From Tubiluchus corallicola (lineage: Eukaryota > Animalia > Priapulida), in contig JAQGDQ010000072.1 of NCBI GenBank assembly GCA_030141605.1, positions 186,001-250,000 on the forward strand: 64,000 nt of DNA, read 5' to 3'. Under the pieces are notes generated by a model. That model ran no database searches. It worked only from the letters and a program-made list of their open reading frames with translations, and was not told where the DNA came from. Both the position numbers and the translations under genes were made by a program. Every line of letters begins with the position of its first letter. Position 1 is the stretch's first letter. Shown here in pieces: positions 37,991 through 51,012 of this stretch.

Positions 37991-40299
37991 TTTTCTGGTC
38001 TGGTTCGTCAAACTCTCAACAAAAAACAGTTTCAATATTTTCTAACGAGCCTATTGTTGTGACTGTCAACAACCTGCTTTTGCTACACTCTCTAAAGTCT
38101 GCAGTGTAAATTTTTTCCAAGAAAAGGATTTACGGTTATAGAAAACTTCATTGCTGCTACGTCTTAAGGGTTTGATACCTGATATAATTGTCACGTTATC
38201 ATTTAGATTAACGGACTATATATGTCTCAACACAAGAATTTTTCATTAGTAATAATGGTAAAAGCTTATTGTGCAGATGTATTAGACCAATGGTGATAAC
38301 TATTTTTAACAATCATTTTAAAAAAATACAAACATTTAGATTCTTTGGGTTTAAACATTGTGTAATTATTTCTGGCAAAACTTTAACAATATTTTATAAG
38401 TGATTACAGAGTACCAACCAGTAAAGAGGGAAACCACAGCTGAAAAAAGGGCTTGTAGTGAAATAAAACTCGTCTTGGCAACGGAATTACATAGGCATTA
38501 TATGCGCTCATATAATGGGTGTATGTACGTTAGGAAAATAAAGAAAATATTACTTATAAAATAAAACAACATTAAATTACATTCAAAGCCAATGCTTCTG
38601 TTGCAAAAGAATTTCGTATTTTAAAATTGCAAACTCACAAAACAACTTTGGTGATCACATGTCGCTTGATTGGTGATTAATGTTCACAGCACGTTCTAGG
38701 GATTCAGTTGTCAGTAAAATACATTTGTCTAAACTCTGTGGACAGTTCAGTGCAGCCTACTGTGTGGACACAAGTTGGGTTTTGTCAGTCGCATCTCCGT
38801 CAATAACCTTATATTGTTTCATTTAATTTACTTTCCGAAAACTTGATGCCTATCCACATTGAACAATTATCCAGAAAGTTTGCTAAGACGGTTTATTTTC
38901 TCGGCTTCGCTAATTCAATCAACCGGGTTACATACCGTAATTTTAACACTTTATTCAACGACTTTTCTGGTACCTCTTCTATACTGCTGTCTATTACGAA
39001 GCCAGAATACTAGCAGCTATAAGTAAACTAACATAACAGTGGTTCCGTGTGCTGTGTAAGACAACACAGCAGGTGTGTTTTACGTCTCAGTACGTGTTCC
39101 AGCATAGGTAGCGCAAGATAGAGTTTTGACAAATTTCATTCTAAATTGCTCTAATGCTACTGTTTCATTTCGAGTCAATTTCATAAAATTGGAAGACAAC
39201 GCTCGTATATTTAGTTTAATTTTTGTGTTAACATTCAACTAGCACTAATACATTACAATTATTATACAATACATATCTACAAAATAATAATGACAATAAG
39301 ACAAATTACAAACATAGCAATGATCGATTGTGTAAGCAATATAAAATTTGTAATTTTGTATAACAATAATATAAAAAGATTTCACTCAATTTGCCCTGCT
39401 TTCAAAACAATCTTTTACAAAGTTAGCACCAAGGGTTCCGTATCATCATTCCCTAAGGTGCAGTTAAATCTTTGCGTCATCGGGCATATCAAAAAATCGG
39501 GAAACCGTCGCGAAATTTCAATAAATAAACAGGTCTTGTTTTGGTTTTGGTTCCGTGAGGGCGTATTGATTTTGCTCGCCATCTTTTTCCCATTTTAGGA
39601 GGTTGAAATATTACGAGTATCGTACCAAAAGTGGTTGTGTTCTGATCGTGAATAAACGCAAATTTACCCGATGAGATTTTTATAACCACTTAATGCATGA
39701 TTCAGAAATTAATAATGAAAATTTTGTGCCTGAAGTTGTAAAATTTCGCCAGAGACACCTATAGTCTAACATTTTTGTGAGTAATCGTTCCAACGCCTCA
39801 TTAAGAATTTTTTATACTGGGCATTTGGCATACTTTGCATTGTGAAAGCGCTAAACTCGTCAAAATCTAATGCCATTTTGCAGATTATTATCGTTCCGTT
39901 GCATTGCAAACAATACAATGATTATGTATACATGCACTGCAACAAAACTTTCAAATTTCAACATAATCATTTTGGGACTGCTACTATTGATATTAGCAAA
40001 TGATACACAGTTTTGCAAAGCCCGGGACCTCGTCCTCGAGACCCACTCTTGGAAAACGATACAAATGTGACAACTAGTACACCACGCACAAAATGAAGCA
40101 AATCAACGCAGTGACGTGCGCGACAGAAATTTCACACCACACAGCAGCAACGTCATCATGGAAACACAGTAAGTTCTTCCAAAAATTATTCTGCCGAATC
40201 ACTATGAATTAATTTGGTAATGAGTCTTAAGATAGTCTGCTTGAACATACTATTCTACTGCCAAGTATTATGTCAAATCTTGATGTTCTAGTGCTGCGC

Positions 40300-41000
40300 G
40301 AGACATGTCTAAATCCAAATACCCAAATGACAGCATTCAAGCATGTTTTTTGCAATATCTTAAGGCAAGATCGCCGAATAAAGAAACTGCGTTAGTTTAT
40401 TAATTTTGGTGAGTAAAAACATTAAATTCACTCAAAGAGGAGACCTGCAGCATCCACAACTAGAAAATGTGTGGTGTGACAGTCTAGATTGCGGAAAATC
40501 CTCCTCGATGCTGATTGGAGGTTTCTGTAAGCCGCCTTAAAATAACGAATTTTTAGAAAGACGGGATTAAAAATCTGTTTAAAATCATGAATTTGTCGTA
40601 ACAAGTGATTTATACACCGACATTAGCAAAAATGATGGTAAACGAGAAACTGCTTTTCTGCGGCGCGGATATCACTTATCACCAGTCATAAAATGTCCAA
40701 CCAGAATTACCGAAACATCTAGTACGTTAATTGATCATATCTATGTTAGTAATGAACTGCATGTTTGAGATTCGGGAACAATTACAATGCGACTAAATAT
40801 CTACGAAATGGTGTATTTTGTTGGCAAGCATGATGCGGTTATCAATTGTAGAACAGCTAAGCCGAATAATCAATCACAATTCTATCCAATATCGAAAAAT
40901 GAAGCAGGTTGACCGATATTCATTTTTTAATTAATTTAAAAGAGATAAACTGGTCATGCAGTGGAAAAATTATTGATAACAATTATGCTAATAATAATTT
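40300..41000 (+). mobile_element. Decayed LINE APE endonuclease fragment (CR1/L2-type)
   Basis: PTRITETSSTLIDHIYVSN at ~40697-40755 and downstream LKEINWS motif. Confidence 0.55.
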
Positions 41001-41199
41001 TAGTCTTTGAAAACTGCTGATGTTCTGAAAACTTTAACTGTTAAGAGCTTTAACTAAAACATGTTGGTCTCTGAAACTGAAATAATATAGTGATGCTGAG
41101 TCACTAGTTTATGGAACGAGTAATTTAATGAATATTTTGGCACTTTTATTTTCTTTGTTTTTTATACATAGTTTTTTACCAATCAATATGATACGTAGT

Positions 41200-42205
41200 A
41201 TCTTTTACCACTTGTGAAAGACAAGAAGACAGTATAACGGAAATTAATAATTATCGCCCTATATGTATTGCAACTGTAGTAAGTAAAGGCTTTGGAAAGT
41301 GTCATTTTAAATAGAATTAGTGATGTCTTTGTCACTTGTGACAACCGGTTTAGCTTAGCGGCTGAGTCGGGCACGGAAATGTGCATTTTTGTGCTAAAGC
41401 ATATGCTGATTTGTATGTAAATATTAAATCAACTCCATTTTGCATTTGCTTCTTGGATGCTAGTAAGAGTAAAGGAAAGCTGTGTTAAATAATGATTTTG
41501 ATTAAATTGGCGATTAAACTATTAAAATAATAACTCAAGATCAAATGCTTGACAAGAAGCCTAGTTAGGTGTGGCATCACGTGACCAGCCGATCTTCGAC
41601 CGGCTAACTCGTGAGGATGAAACCCTTATGCGCAGAAGCTCACGGCGCATTAGAGAGTTAGTCAAAAGTGTTTGAGGCCCGCACCTCGGGGAGATGAGGA
41701 ACTGACTTGAAGACGGAGGGCTGGCATTACTATCCTCTTATATTTGCTATGTTGTGTTTGATATTTAATAAATGTGTTGCTCCTTAAATCAAGTCTTGAT
41801 AGTTTGCCATGCCCGTCGTGGCTACCTCACACGCCACGCTATAAACAACAATAATCAGCAAGCAGCTTTAACCACAAGAATAAACAAACATTAATCAAAT
41901 TATTTTACTGTAAGGTATTTGATAGAATTAACCATGTGAAGCTGTTTAGGAAGCTATTACTTTGTGGTCTTCCTGTCTTTGTTGTTAGTTTACTCTACTA
42001 TTGTTACAAAAATCATATAATTAATGTAATTTGGCAGAGTTATGTCTCTCATGATAAAAGTGTTTTCAATTGTGTGGAACAAGATGGTATCCTTTCGGCA
42101 TATTTTTTAATATTTACATGAACGACCTGTCAGTACAATTAAACAGTGCAAATGTCACTAGTGCTACTTTAAATCATTTAGCCTATGCTGATGACTTCAG
42201 TGTTT
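41200..42205 (+). mobile_element. Proto2/RTE-X-like RT fragment interrupted by a solo LTR
   Basis: NNYRPICIATV; GTEMCIFVLK; ICFLDASK|VFDRINHVKLFRKL split at 41467/41915; QDGILS..FFNIYMNDLS...NHLAYADD. Confidence 0.85.
41468..41909. mobile_element. Solo LTR-like insertion (442 bp) with AGT...ACT termini and 5-bp TSD GTAAG
   Basis: GTAAG at 41463-41467 and 41910-41914; inverted termini AGTAAA/TTTACT; removing the insert plus one TSD restores FLDASKVFDRINH; AATAAA at ~41767. Confidence 0.8.
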
Positions 42206-42209
42206 TTGT

Positions 42210-44390
42210 TACTACTACTACTACCGACCACCTTCCCATCTTCACAATATGTGATTTAAACTTGTCAACATCCAACCAAAAACTGAATAATAAACGTCCG
42301 TATAATAATAACATTAAAATAAATTTATTAAACGAGCTTAGTAGCAACTCTTGGAATGACGTCTTGGCCTGTGAGAATGTCAATTAAGCTACTTATATGC
42401 TCTTTGACGAATTCAGCAATATTTACTCTATGAATATCAAAGAACGCACAACAAATAATAGTCAATTAAAAAATAAAAAATCTTGGATAACTAAAGGCCT
42501 TCTGAACATATTATTAAACATTTATTAAACATAATAAAACATATTATTATTAAACTTTACTAAACATAAAAACAAATTATATAAAGGAACCTTAAAACAC
42601 TCTTCTGACCTTAATGTTAAACAAGAATACAAACAATATCGTAACAGGTTAACTACTTTAATCAAAGCATCCAAATCGACATATTTTAAAAAGAAACTTG
42701 AAATATATGAACATAATATAAAGAAAACCTAGAATAACAGTAAACTTATTTCAAACAACTATGCTGTTGCAAATATGTTCAATACTCACTTCGTCAACAT
42801 TGGTCCCAAATTAGCCGAAAATATTAGTCCTGTCGACATTTCATTTACCAAGTTCTTAAAGGGTAACTATAATCATTCCTTCTTATGATACTACACCTGA
42901 TGATATAATCAAGTTCAGCAAATCACTTAGTCCGAAGACCACTCTTGATGTCTTTAATAGTTCCCCGAAAATTGTATCCGACATAATTGATCCAATTTCA
43001 TTGCCTTTAAATCACTTGACCAACCTCTCTCTCTTAGTAAGGGTATTTTTCCTGATGAAATGAAGCATGCTGTAATAACCCCCATTTTCAAATCTGGTGA
43101 CACTACCAATATGAAGACCCATTTCTTTGCTTCCTGTTTTCTCAAAAATTCTAGAAAGATGTGCATACAATCAACCCCATAAACGAAATTTTAGACCCTA
43201 ACCAATTTGGATTTCGCAAAATTTCTTCTACTGACCTCGCACTCTTAACAGTCTGTAAAAAACTAATGAACACTATTGAAAATAATGCTGTTACAACTGG
43301 TATCTTCTGCGACCTCTCTAAAGCATTTGATAGGGCCCACCCTACAATATTAGTCAATAAGGTGTCTCACTACGGCTTTAGGGGGGTCGCCAAAGTTACC
43401 TAAGTAATCATCCACAACGTGCCAAGTGCAACAACTCCTTCTCTGAACAGGCAATAGCAATTTGTGGAGTACCACAAGGGTCAATCCTAGAACCCCTCTT
43501 ATTTTTAGTTTACATCAACGATATACTCAATATCCAACACAATATGAATATAACACAATTTGCAGACGACACGACCATATTCTTAGACTTTGATAATTTT
43601 TCTGTAAATCATATGAATACTATTTTGGGTGACCTATCTAAATGGTTCAAAGCTAATAAACTTTCTCTTAATGTAAATAAAACTAAATATGTCAGGTTTC
43701 GCTCCAGAAACAAACCACTTCCCCAAAATTCCAACCTTCTAATGATCGATGGTTCCCCTACTGAACAAATTAAACAAATAAAAATTTTAGGCATCATATT
43801 ACATGAAAATCTATACTGGAATCCTCACATTAATATGATTAGCCTCAAAATAGCCAAGAAAGTTGGAATCATTTCTTATATCAAAAATAGTCGTTCTCAA
43901 ACACATTTAAGAACTTTATATCATTCTTTAGTCATACCATATTTAAACTATGCCTGCATTTTATGGGGTCCGAAATTATCCATCGAACCTAGATTCTCTC
44001 GGTGCTCCTCAACGTAAGTTTATTCGCATTTTTGATGGCTTACCTAAATTCGCGCTTATTTTGAATTGGCACCCCAAAGATTTCAAACAAATGACCATTG
44101 AAGAGTTAATTAAATATAATAGAAGCATATTTATGCATAAAAACCATTATAAATCTCTGCCATCTTTTTTCGTTAATCCTGCTAATCTTAATCAAAAACA
44201 TTATAATACTAGATTTAACGAGTATCAAGTTGTCCGGTGTAGGACTAATATTGCGAAACATTTCATCTCATTTATTGGTCCTACCATGTGGAACAAAATA
44301 CCTGAAAATTATTAAGTCAATTTCGTCGTTACCGAGATCAAAAAAGTTTGAAAACTTCATTCTTAAATTCATATTAAATATTAAGCTTGT
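42210..44390 (+). mobile_element. 5'-truncated degenerate CR1/L2-group LINE (end of APE, RT, C-terminus)
   Basis: TDHLPIF; SWITKGLL; KQYRNRLT; NQFGFRKISST...GIFCDLSKAFD (43161-43403); GVPQGSILEPLLFLVYIND; QFADDT...WFKANKLSLNVNKTK...LYHSLVIPYLNYACILWG (43544-44017); GPTMWNKIP. Confidence 0.92.
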
Positions 44391-44978
44391 ATAGTTTATG
44401 ACGCATGTTCGGATTCACGGTAAGCGACAGACTGGCCCTAGGGTGCGTCAGTTCATAAATATTGATATATTTTTGTGATGTCCTAATAGCAATCTCATAC
44501 TCATTCTCATTCACATCGTAACTTAATAATTTCCTGCACTCTCTACTATCATTCCATTATTTTTTACCTTCCCATTTTTTGCATCCTAACACCAGCACCA
44601 TTAATTGCATTATAGTCGCAAAGTAATGACTATAATGCAAGCAACAATTTATATAGATATCATGCTTAAGGTTGCTATGTAACGCTGATATGCAATGGCT
44701 TCGTAATGGATCGAACCACCACAATGTAAAGTGGTGGGGCAAAAAATAAATGGCATTTCGCCCCCGTAACAATACTTTTGCACTTTGGTGTTTTAGTTTG
44801 CAATGGACAATATCTTGAACAGTGTTGTTATTTTAACGCTACGCTGAGGCTTACTCAATTTTATTGTATCGAGTGAACCATTTTAATGACAAATAAAGAA
44901 AAAATGATGAATGATTATGATGATTATGTAAGCCAATTATTTATAATCTTAATGTCAAGATATATATATATATATATA

Positions 44979-45013
44979 TATTATAAAAACGATACAGTAT
45001 ATACAAAACATGC

Positions 45014-45059
<46 letters not shown>

Positions 45060-45094
45060 GCATGTTTTTTATATACTGTATCGTTTTTATAATA
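44979..45094. repeat. 116-bp near-perfect palindrome centred on a (TA)n tract
   Basis: tattataaaaacgatacagtatatacaaaacatgctattata...(TA)n...tataatagcatgttttttatatactgtatcgtttttataata; one mismatch between arms. Confidence 0.95.
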
Positions 45095-46209
45095 CTTCAC
45101 TTTTGGGCGTGACTATAATACATGAACAAATTAATAAAGTTAGATGCTAAAACGACAAAAACCGCTACCGTCCTTGACATCTAATGAGTTATTTGAAACC
45201 ATACTGACGAACATAGAAAAAGATTCAAAAATAAAATCTGTTGCTGAAATGCCTGTAGATGAAGCAGGTTGTTTTCTGTCTGCGTGATTTGTTCTTTGTG
45301 AATTGCAGTACTAAGTTTTACTGATTTGGAAATATGTACACACATTAAAACCGCCAACGTCCTCGGATTATTTTAAAAACCAGCCTAAATTAGGCATTGT
45401 AAACCGCTCGTAATCTTATTTAAATTTCGCAGTATTTTACTTCCTAGTAGTAAATTTCCCTTTATGCACATAATGCACGCATTAATATTGCATATGATTT
45501 CCCTTTTTTGCACAGCTTTCTTGTAGACTGGTTGAATACTGACCACATTTTCAGCCAATACCTACAAATATCGATAAACTTGAACTTGCTTTAAAATAAA
45601 TTTTGTCTTGAAACTTAAACAAACCATGGTAATGATATTTCTACACACTGGTGTAATTATTGTATTAATTATCCCAGTAGAAATTATCTTTGATAATCGA
45701 ATTATTGATTGCTAATAAAATTATAAAACTGGAAATCTCCCCATAAACTGACGTTACTCCACACGATTTAATACATCAAATTTCACCTCTGATGCAACAG
45801 CTGTCAAAAACATTTTGTACCAAAATCCACGCAGGGATGTCATTCATGTTAGCAAAACCAGATCTACAGGTAATACATGAAATAAAACGTAATTGTTTTT
45901 CACGTCTGCTGGGCTAATCCTGAATGACGCTGGAGCAGAATTACTCAGTACCTAACACATAATTGCATTGTGAAGATTAAACAATCTCTATTATCTTGAA
46001 CATAATTATACTGAGATGACGTACCCTGCGGAGCAACACACAATTAAAGCAAATAAGATAATAGTGGTTAATGACTATCTAAGCTAGGAAAGCAGGAATG
46101 ATCCGCGACACTATTGAGACAATATTTAAGAAAGGAAAGAACAGAGTAAGGTCCTCAAAAGTATTTCTGAAGAAATCCTGGAGGTTGTGCTACTAAAAAA
46201 ATTGAAAAA

Positions 46210-46297
46210 ATGGAATTTGTGCTGGTTTTTGTACTAGCTTTCATCTGTAAATCGAACTCAGCAACTCTATCAGATTCCCAACCCTTTACGGTGATTG
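46210..46297 (+). CDS. ZP-domain (cuticlin-like) secreted protein, exon 1 (signal peptide)
   Basis: MEFVLVFVLAFICKSNSATLSDSQPFTVI-G|GTAAGT, phase 1. Confidence 0.85.
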
Positions 46298-46862
46298 GTA
46301 AGTTTACAGTTTTCAATTTAGACTTTATTATTGTACATGTAACTAATAAGCAAATTATAGTTTATTTTGCAATTGTGAAACTCTCACTAGTTCACATAGA
46401 CAGCATAACAAAGTAGCTTTAGAAGTACTTATCCCAAAATATCTTAGAGCAAACTTTTGTCATGAAATAAAATAATAAATTATTAAAGCTCTTTACAAAA
46501 ATTTATCTGTATGCAACATAGAACAGCTATTGGTGACATTCCTCACCTTTCTTACTTTTAGGGTTATTAACTTTTCCATTTATGCCTGATGGTTAAATGT
46601 TAGCTGATGCATAAGTATTACTTTACTGTTTATTTTGCCATTGTATAAGTATTTATTCCAAGTACGCTTTCTCGTAAACCATTACAAACTTATTTCGCAA
46701 AGTTTTGAAAAACTAAATAGATTAGAACTTTTGAGTATATGGTTTTTAACAAAAGCTGATCGAATCAAAATTGCTGAGATAGCTCAAATATGTAAACGAA
46801 AATTTGTGGAAAGAATATAAATATCACTAGAACAAACTCATAAAACGGATTTATATTTTCAG

Positions 46863-47056
46863 AAAAAAATGTTAGTTGCTTTGGCGATGCGATGGAAGTG
46901 GTATTTGAGTTTGGTGGTCCATTTTTTGGCGAAGTCTATGTTGACGCGTTCCACAATGACGATAACTGCAATCAGCAGGGTGATGGAAGCGATCAGCTTA
47001 CGTTGCTAATATCACTTGAAGATTGCGGCATCATTCCTGAAATTAAAGCAAATACG
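46863..47056 (+). CDS. ZP-domain protein, exon 2 (ZP-N)
   Basis: tattttcag|; EKNVSCFGDAMEVVFEFGGPFFGEVYV...NC...LTLLISLEDCGI matches ZP-N pattern V.C...M.V.F....F.G.VY...C...CG; donor |GTATCG, phase 0. Confidence 0.88.
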
Positions 47057-47650
47057 GTATCGCTTATATTATTCATGTACCTTATTCATCTACCAGGTAT
47101 TATGATAGGTCTACGTCGGGTTTCTATTAGACTTATCAAGTTGGCTTAGATGTAATGTTATATCATACATAAAAGGAAAAGTTTTTATAGTAAAATTAAG
47201 AATATTAAAAAACAAGAAACTGTATAATTAAAACTAGCACTCCATAAAGAGAAATTTGCTAATGATTGCGTTAATCATTATTATAAGAGAGCTGTTTCAG
47301 CTAGATTTATGACAAGTAAGGCACGCATTATAGTTAACTAGCAGTTTAGCTGTTACTCAGCTTACTAGTGACATTTCCCGTATGTGCGGAGATTATATGA
47401 ATAACAATGGTTAGGCAAATGTATGCTAAGAAATTAACAATTTTCTTAGAGTAGGTTGCTTAATAACTTTAATTATGGCACATGCAATCTTTCTACTGGC
47501 CTTAAAAAACAATTTTAGACAAAAACAACGTTTATTTACCGCCGCAGTTACTAACAGATTATATTAGCACAACGACTATTTAGCGACCTACACAACAATA
47601 CAGGTAAACACGTAACACGCAACACATAAAAAATAAGAAGTAGGATATAA

Positions 47651-47740
47651 TGCCCTGACGTTGGCAGCCGCTAGTCTCGAACTCAGACTGCAACCATTAA
47701 GCTCGTCTGTAATCCGAAATCTAGATCACTCGGCAAAGAC
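47651..47740 (-). mobile_element. tRNA-derived SINE head (degenerate) in ZP intron 2
   Basis: Minus strand A-box-like TGCCGAGTGATCTAG and B-box-like GAGTTCGAGAC; no intact cloverleaf. Confidence 0.55.
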
Positions 47741-47789
47741 TTATAACATGCCAGTAACTAGGAGCTATTTTGGGAAAATCTAAAGAACG

Positions 47790-48100
47790 TGTAGATGTCG
47801 AGGATGAAATCCTTTGTACGATTCAGGTGTTACTGCTGATCAGATATCTATCTACTGTTTTTTCTTTCTTATGTCAAACATTCTATTATCTTTGAAGCTG
47901 CAACTTTCTAGAGATCTGATTAATCTTGCCCGGGACGTTTCCTAACCATCTAAATTGTATATCATCTCCCAGAAGCTTGAAGATAGCAAATTTTCTTCAT
48001 CACCAGCAAGTTCGCCGCTCTTTGAGTTCTTCTGTATTTCTCTTTCTCAACTTTTTTTCTATGACATTGTCTTGGGCAAATATGGGTGGATTACAGGTAA
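47790..48100 (-). mobile_element. RTE-like LINE 3' fragment in ZP intron 2
   Basis: Minus-strand IQFRWLGNVP resembles the RW.GHV.R motif of RTE C-termini. Confidence 0.35.
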
Positions 48101-48732
48101 TACTAGCCGGCACGACACAAACGTAAGATGAAGCAATCAAACTTAAGAATATAACGCTAGAGTTCAAAATTCATTTTCTATTGTACTGCTTGTAATTGTA
48201 AAACTATATTCACCTTGTGCTGCAAGTTTGAATAAATGGTACTAAACTAGAAGTAAATAAATACAAATAATTATAAACCTACAACAACAGCATCTTGGAA
48301 CTGTTTGGCAATCGGTTGAACGAAATCCATTCTTCGTATATAAACATTTCTACTCGGTGTAGAGATTCGTGTGCCATAACGTGTACTAAAGTTTGTATTG
48401 CTGCTATCATAAAATTACATTTTTTCTGAATTTTTAAGGTGACCCTTTGAGTATCATGTGAACACTACATTTTTCATACTAAAGTCGTTTGTCATACCAA
48501 TATAACTATGGAATCCCATTTGTGCTGACCTGACAGTATATTAATATATCTGGAAATCATAAAATTATTGTATTGTTGGGTGGGTGAAGCATTTGTGTCG
48601 ATCTGGCTGGGTTAACAACCTTATTGCATGTACATTTACTATTCACTACTCTGACTACTACATGTTTAAATTACGGCAGAGATTATTATTATTATTTCTT
48701 ATTAAGATTTTTCATTACCACTTTGATTTTAG

Positions 48733-49024
48733 AATCAGAAGTTCCATGCTTTTGTCAACGTTGCTCAACATGTAAATCTTGTAGAAGAGGGAGATCGTTC
48801 ATTTCTGGTCACGTGCACATACGAGGAAGATACTGGACTCACCGTAACTGCTAGCACAGTTGGCGTAGGCCAAGTCTCCACCGAATTACTTCAGAATACA
48901 CCAGAACCACCAGTCATAACACTTAAACTATGGAAAGGCGATGATATCATGAGCAAGGCTGAGAGACCAACGTTTGTTTCTCTTGGAGAATCACTACTAT
49001 TAGTCGCTAGTTTACTAGATGATT
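48733..49024 (+). CDS. ZP-domain protein, exon 3
   Basis: gattttag|NQKFHAFVNVAQHVNLVEEGDRSFLVTCTYEE...PEPPVITLKLW...VSLGESLLLVASLLDD-T|GTAAGG; open frame, phases 0/1. Confidence 0.9.
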
Positions 49025-49110
49025 GTAAGGGCATTAAAAGATGTTGCAAACTTTATTAAATAACAGTGTTACAGATTTTGGTGAATACATGTTATATCAC
49101 AACGAAAGCG

Positions 49111-49180
49111 TTAAGTGCACACTACTTTAGTTATCTACTTAAGTGCACACTACTTTAGTTATCTACTCAAGTGCACACTA
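49111..49180 (+). repeat. 28-bp tandem repeat, ~2.5 copies, ZP intron 3
   Basis: ttaagtgcacactactttagttatctac repeated. Confidence 0.9.
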
Positions 49181-49328
49181 CAAAGGAAGTACTCTGTACA
49201 TTGAAAATTACTTCTGTAAGAAGCAAAAATGGGAAATTCTGCCAAAGAAACCTGGGTGAAAGGCAACGTTGATATCATACCACTTGTAACGTCACAAAGT
49301 ATTGTTAATTCATTAGTTTTTGTTTCAG

Positions 49329-49416
49329 CCGTGTATAAAAATTTCTTGATGTACAGTTGTCGAGCATACAACCCAGCTAAGGATGAGTATGATCTGGAAC
49401 TTATCGATGAAAATGA
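49329..49416 (+). CDS. ZP-domain protein, exon 4
   Basis: tgtttcag|(S)VYKNFLMYSCRAYNPAKDEYDLELIDEN-GA|GTAAGT; ZP-C motif C.A......LIDE.GC. Confidence 0.9.
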
Positions 49417-50261
49417 GTAAGTCATCTCAACAGTAAAATAATGAAATAATCATACGATTACGATAGAACCCTAATCCAGCTGAAATATAATTTATGTTAC
49501 GATTTTATCTAAATGGATTCAAATAAAACTGAGAATCTTTTATATTCTATGAGCCTAATTGCATTACTGATACACATAAGTTGTTATGCAGTGTGAATGA
49601 AGCTTAATGTTGCATAAGCATATCAAAACTACTAAATGTAGAGCGAGGTAAGACAACAAGGTACAGCCGCCCATCATTGGGCTGAGAGGTACAGCGTTGT
49701 TACCACCTATGCAACAAAGAAGAGTAATATTTCTCTGATTTCAGCTTTTCCGACATTTTGTAGCTCATATCGTTTGCGGTAAGGCCTAAAATTGAGTCTG
49801 CTTTCCTTTGATGGTTCACTGTATCTCAACGTTAACATTTCACATGCTTTCGTTTTGGCCTATTTTCCTTGGTTCACTGCATCTCAATGTTTCACACCCT
49901 TCCATATTGGCAATCGACCTGCTCGCCTCTATTCTCCACCGAGCCTTGGCAGCAAACAAACTGACAACAACTAAGCTATCTGTTGTTGTTTTTTCGTTTT
50001 GTTTCTACATGTACTTGTTAATATAAAAGTATGTTTAGGATTACATACTATACTTTTATACAAGGATTTCACAAAAAGAATGACAAGCCACTGGATACAA
50101 TGTAGTCTGTTGACTGCAGTGCCATTCTTTCTGCCGTTCCCCTGCAAACTTACACAATTTAACTTCCCCTAAACTTATTATAAGCGATAGAAAACTTACT
50201 TTTAATCCCTCGTATAAACGGCAAAAGACAACTAAGTTTAGTGTCAAACTTTGTTACACAG

Positions 50262-50445
50262 GTGCGTCAACCTAGACCTATATGATTCCTTAGTGCAGAC
50301 AACTGTAGTACGGAAAGCCGTCGGTGTCGATGCTCCAGTCGAAAAGTATATCAAATTTAAAGCATTCCGGTTTCCTGATGACGACCATGTCAAATTTGAA
50401 TGCCAAACATACGCTTGTTACGTGAAGGAAGATTGTGACAACTTC
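50262..50445 (+). CDS. ZP-domain protein, exon 5 (ZP-C)
   Basis: ttacacag|(E)CVNLDLY...KFKAFRFPDDDHVKFECQTYACYVKEDCDNF|GTAAGT; hallmark F.AFRFP....V.F.C....C. Confidence 0.92.
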
Positions 50446-50883
50446 GTAAGTTTTCTTATTTTATGCACCATTATTTCCTTATATAATGTAATGCGCTCAT
50501 TACGCTGTAACCATGAACACGCACTTTTCAGCTCATGCTAATGAGTAAATTGAAGATTCCCTGTTAGTGGTGCAGCATGGAGGTTTTGTAGTTCAGTAAA
50601 CAATTGGGCAAGTGCATGTACCATTTAAGCTTCTACTTGGTGATTATGATCAGCATGAGAAACGCAGGAAAAGATACTGGCTTGTTCTTACTTTAAATTT
50701 GCGTTTAAATTTTATGATTCAATTTCTCAACCACTGTATCTGCAACATGATTTGACTGTTCCAGATTTGAACTCTGGATCTCTTGCTTTTATACAACGAT
50801 ACAGTCTACAATGATCTGTAAACTGCATCAGAATGTGTAACTTAAAAAACTTAATAAATGTATTGTTTGACTTTTAATTGTAG

Positions 50884-51012
50884 TGTCAGGAAGAAGACGA
50901 CAGAAGAAAGCGGAGTATTCGGGATTTATTAGAACGGCACGGAGTAGCAGAAATTGTTAATAGCAAAGTAATAAGAGTAAAAGCAAAAATACCTGCCCAA
51001 GAAGATGTATAA
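50884..51012 (+). CDS. ZP-domain protein, exon 6 (furin site, stop); total 324 aa
   Basis: ttttaattgtag|CQEEDDRRKRSIRDLLERHGVAEIVNSKVIRVKAKIPAQEDV-TAA; RRKR consensus furin cleavage site. The six exons sum to 975 nt with consistent phases. Confidence 0.88.
   Translation, partial: CQEEDDRRKRSIRDLLERHGVAEIVNSKVIRVKAKIPAQEDV

Noticed and set aside
47651-47740. tRNA gene
   Set aside because: Only degenerate A/B boxes; no acceptor stem or cloverleaf, so SINE-like.
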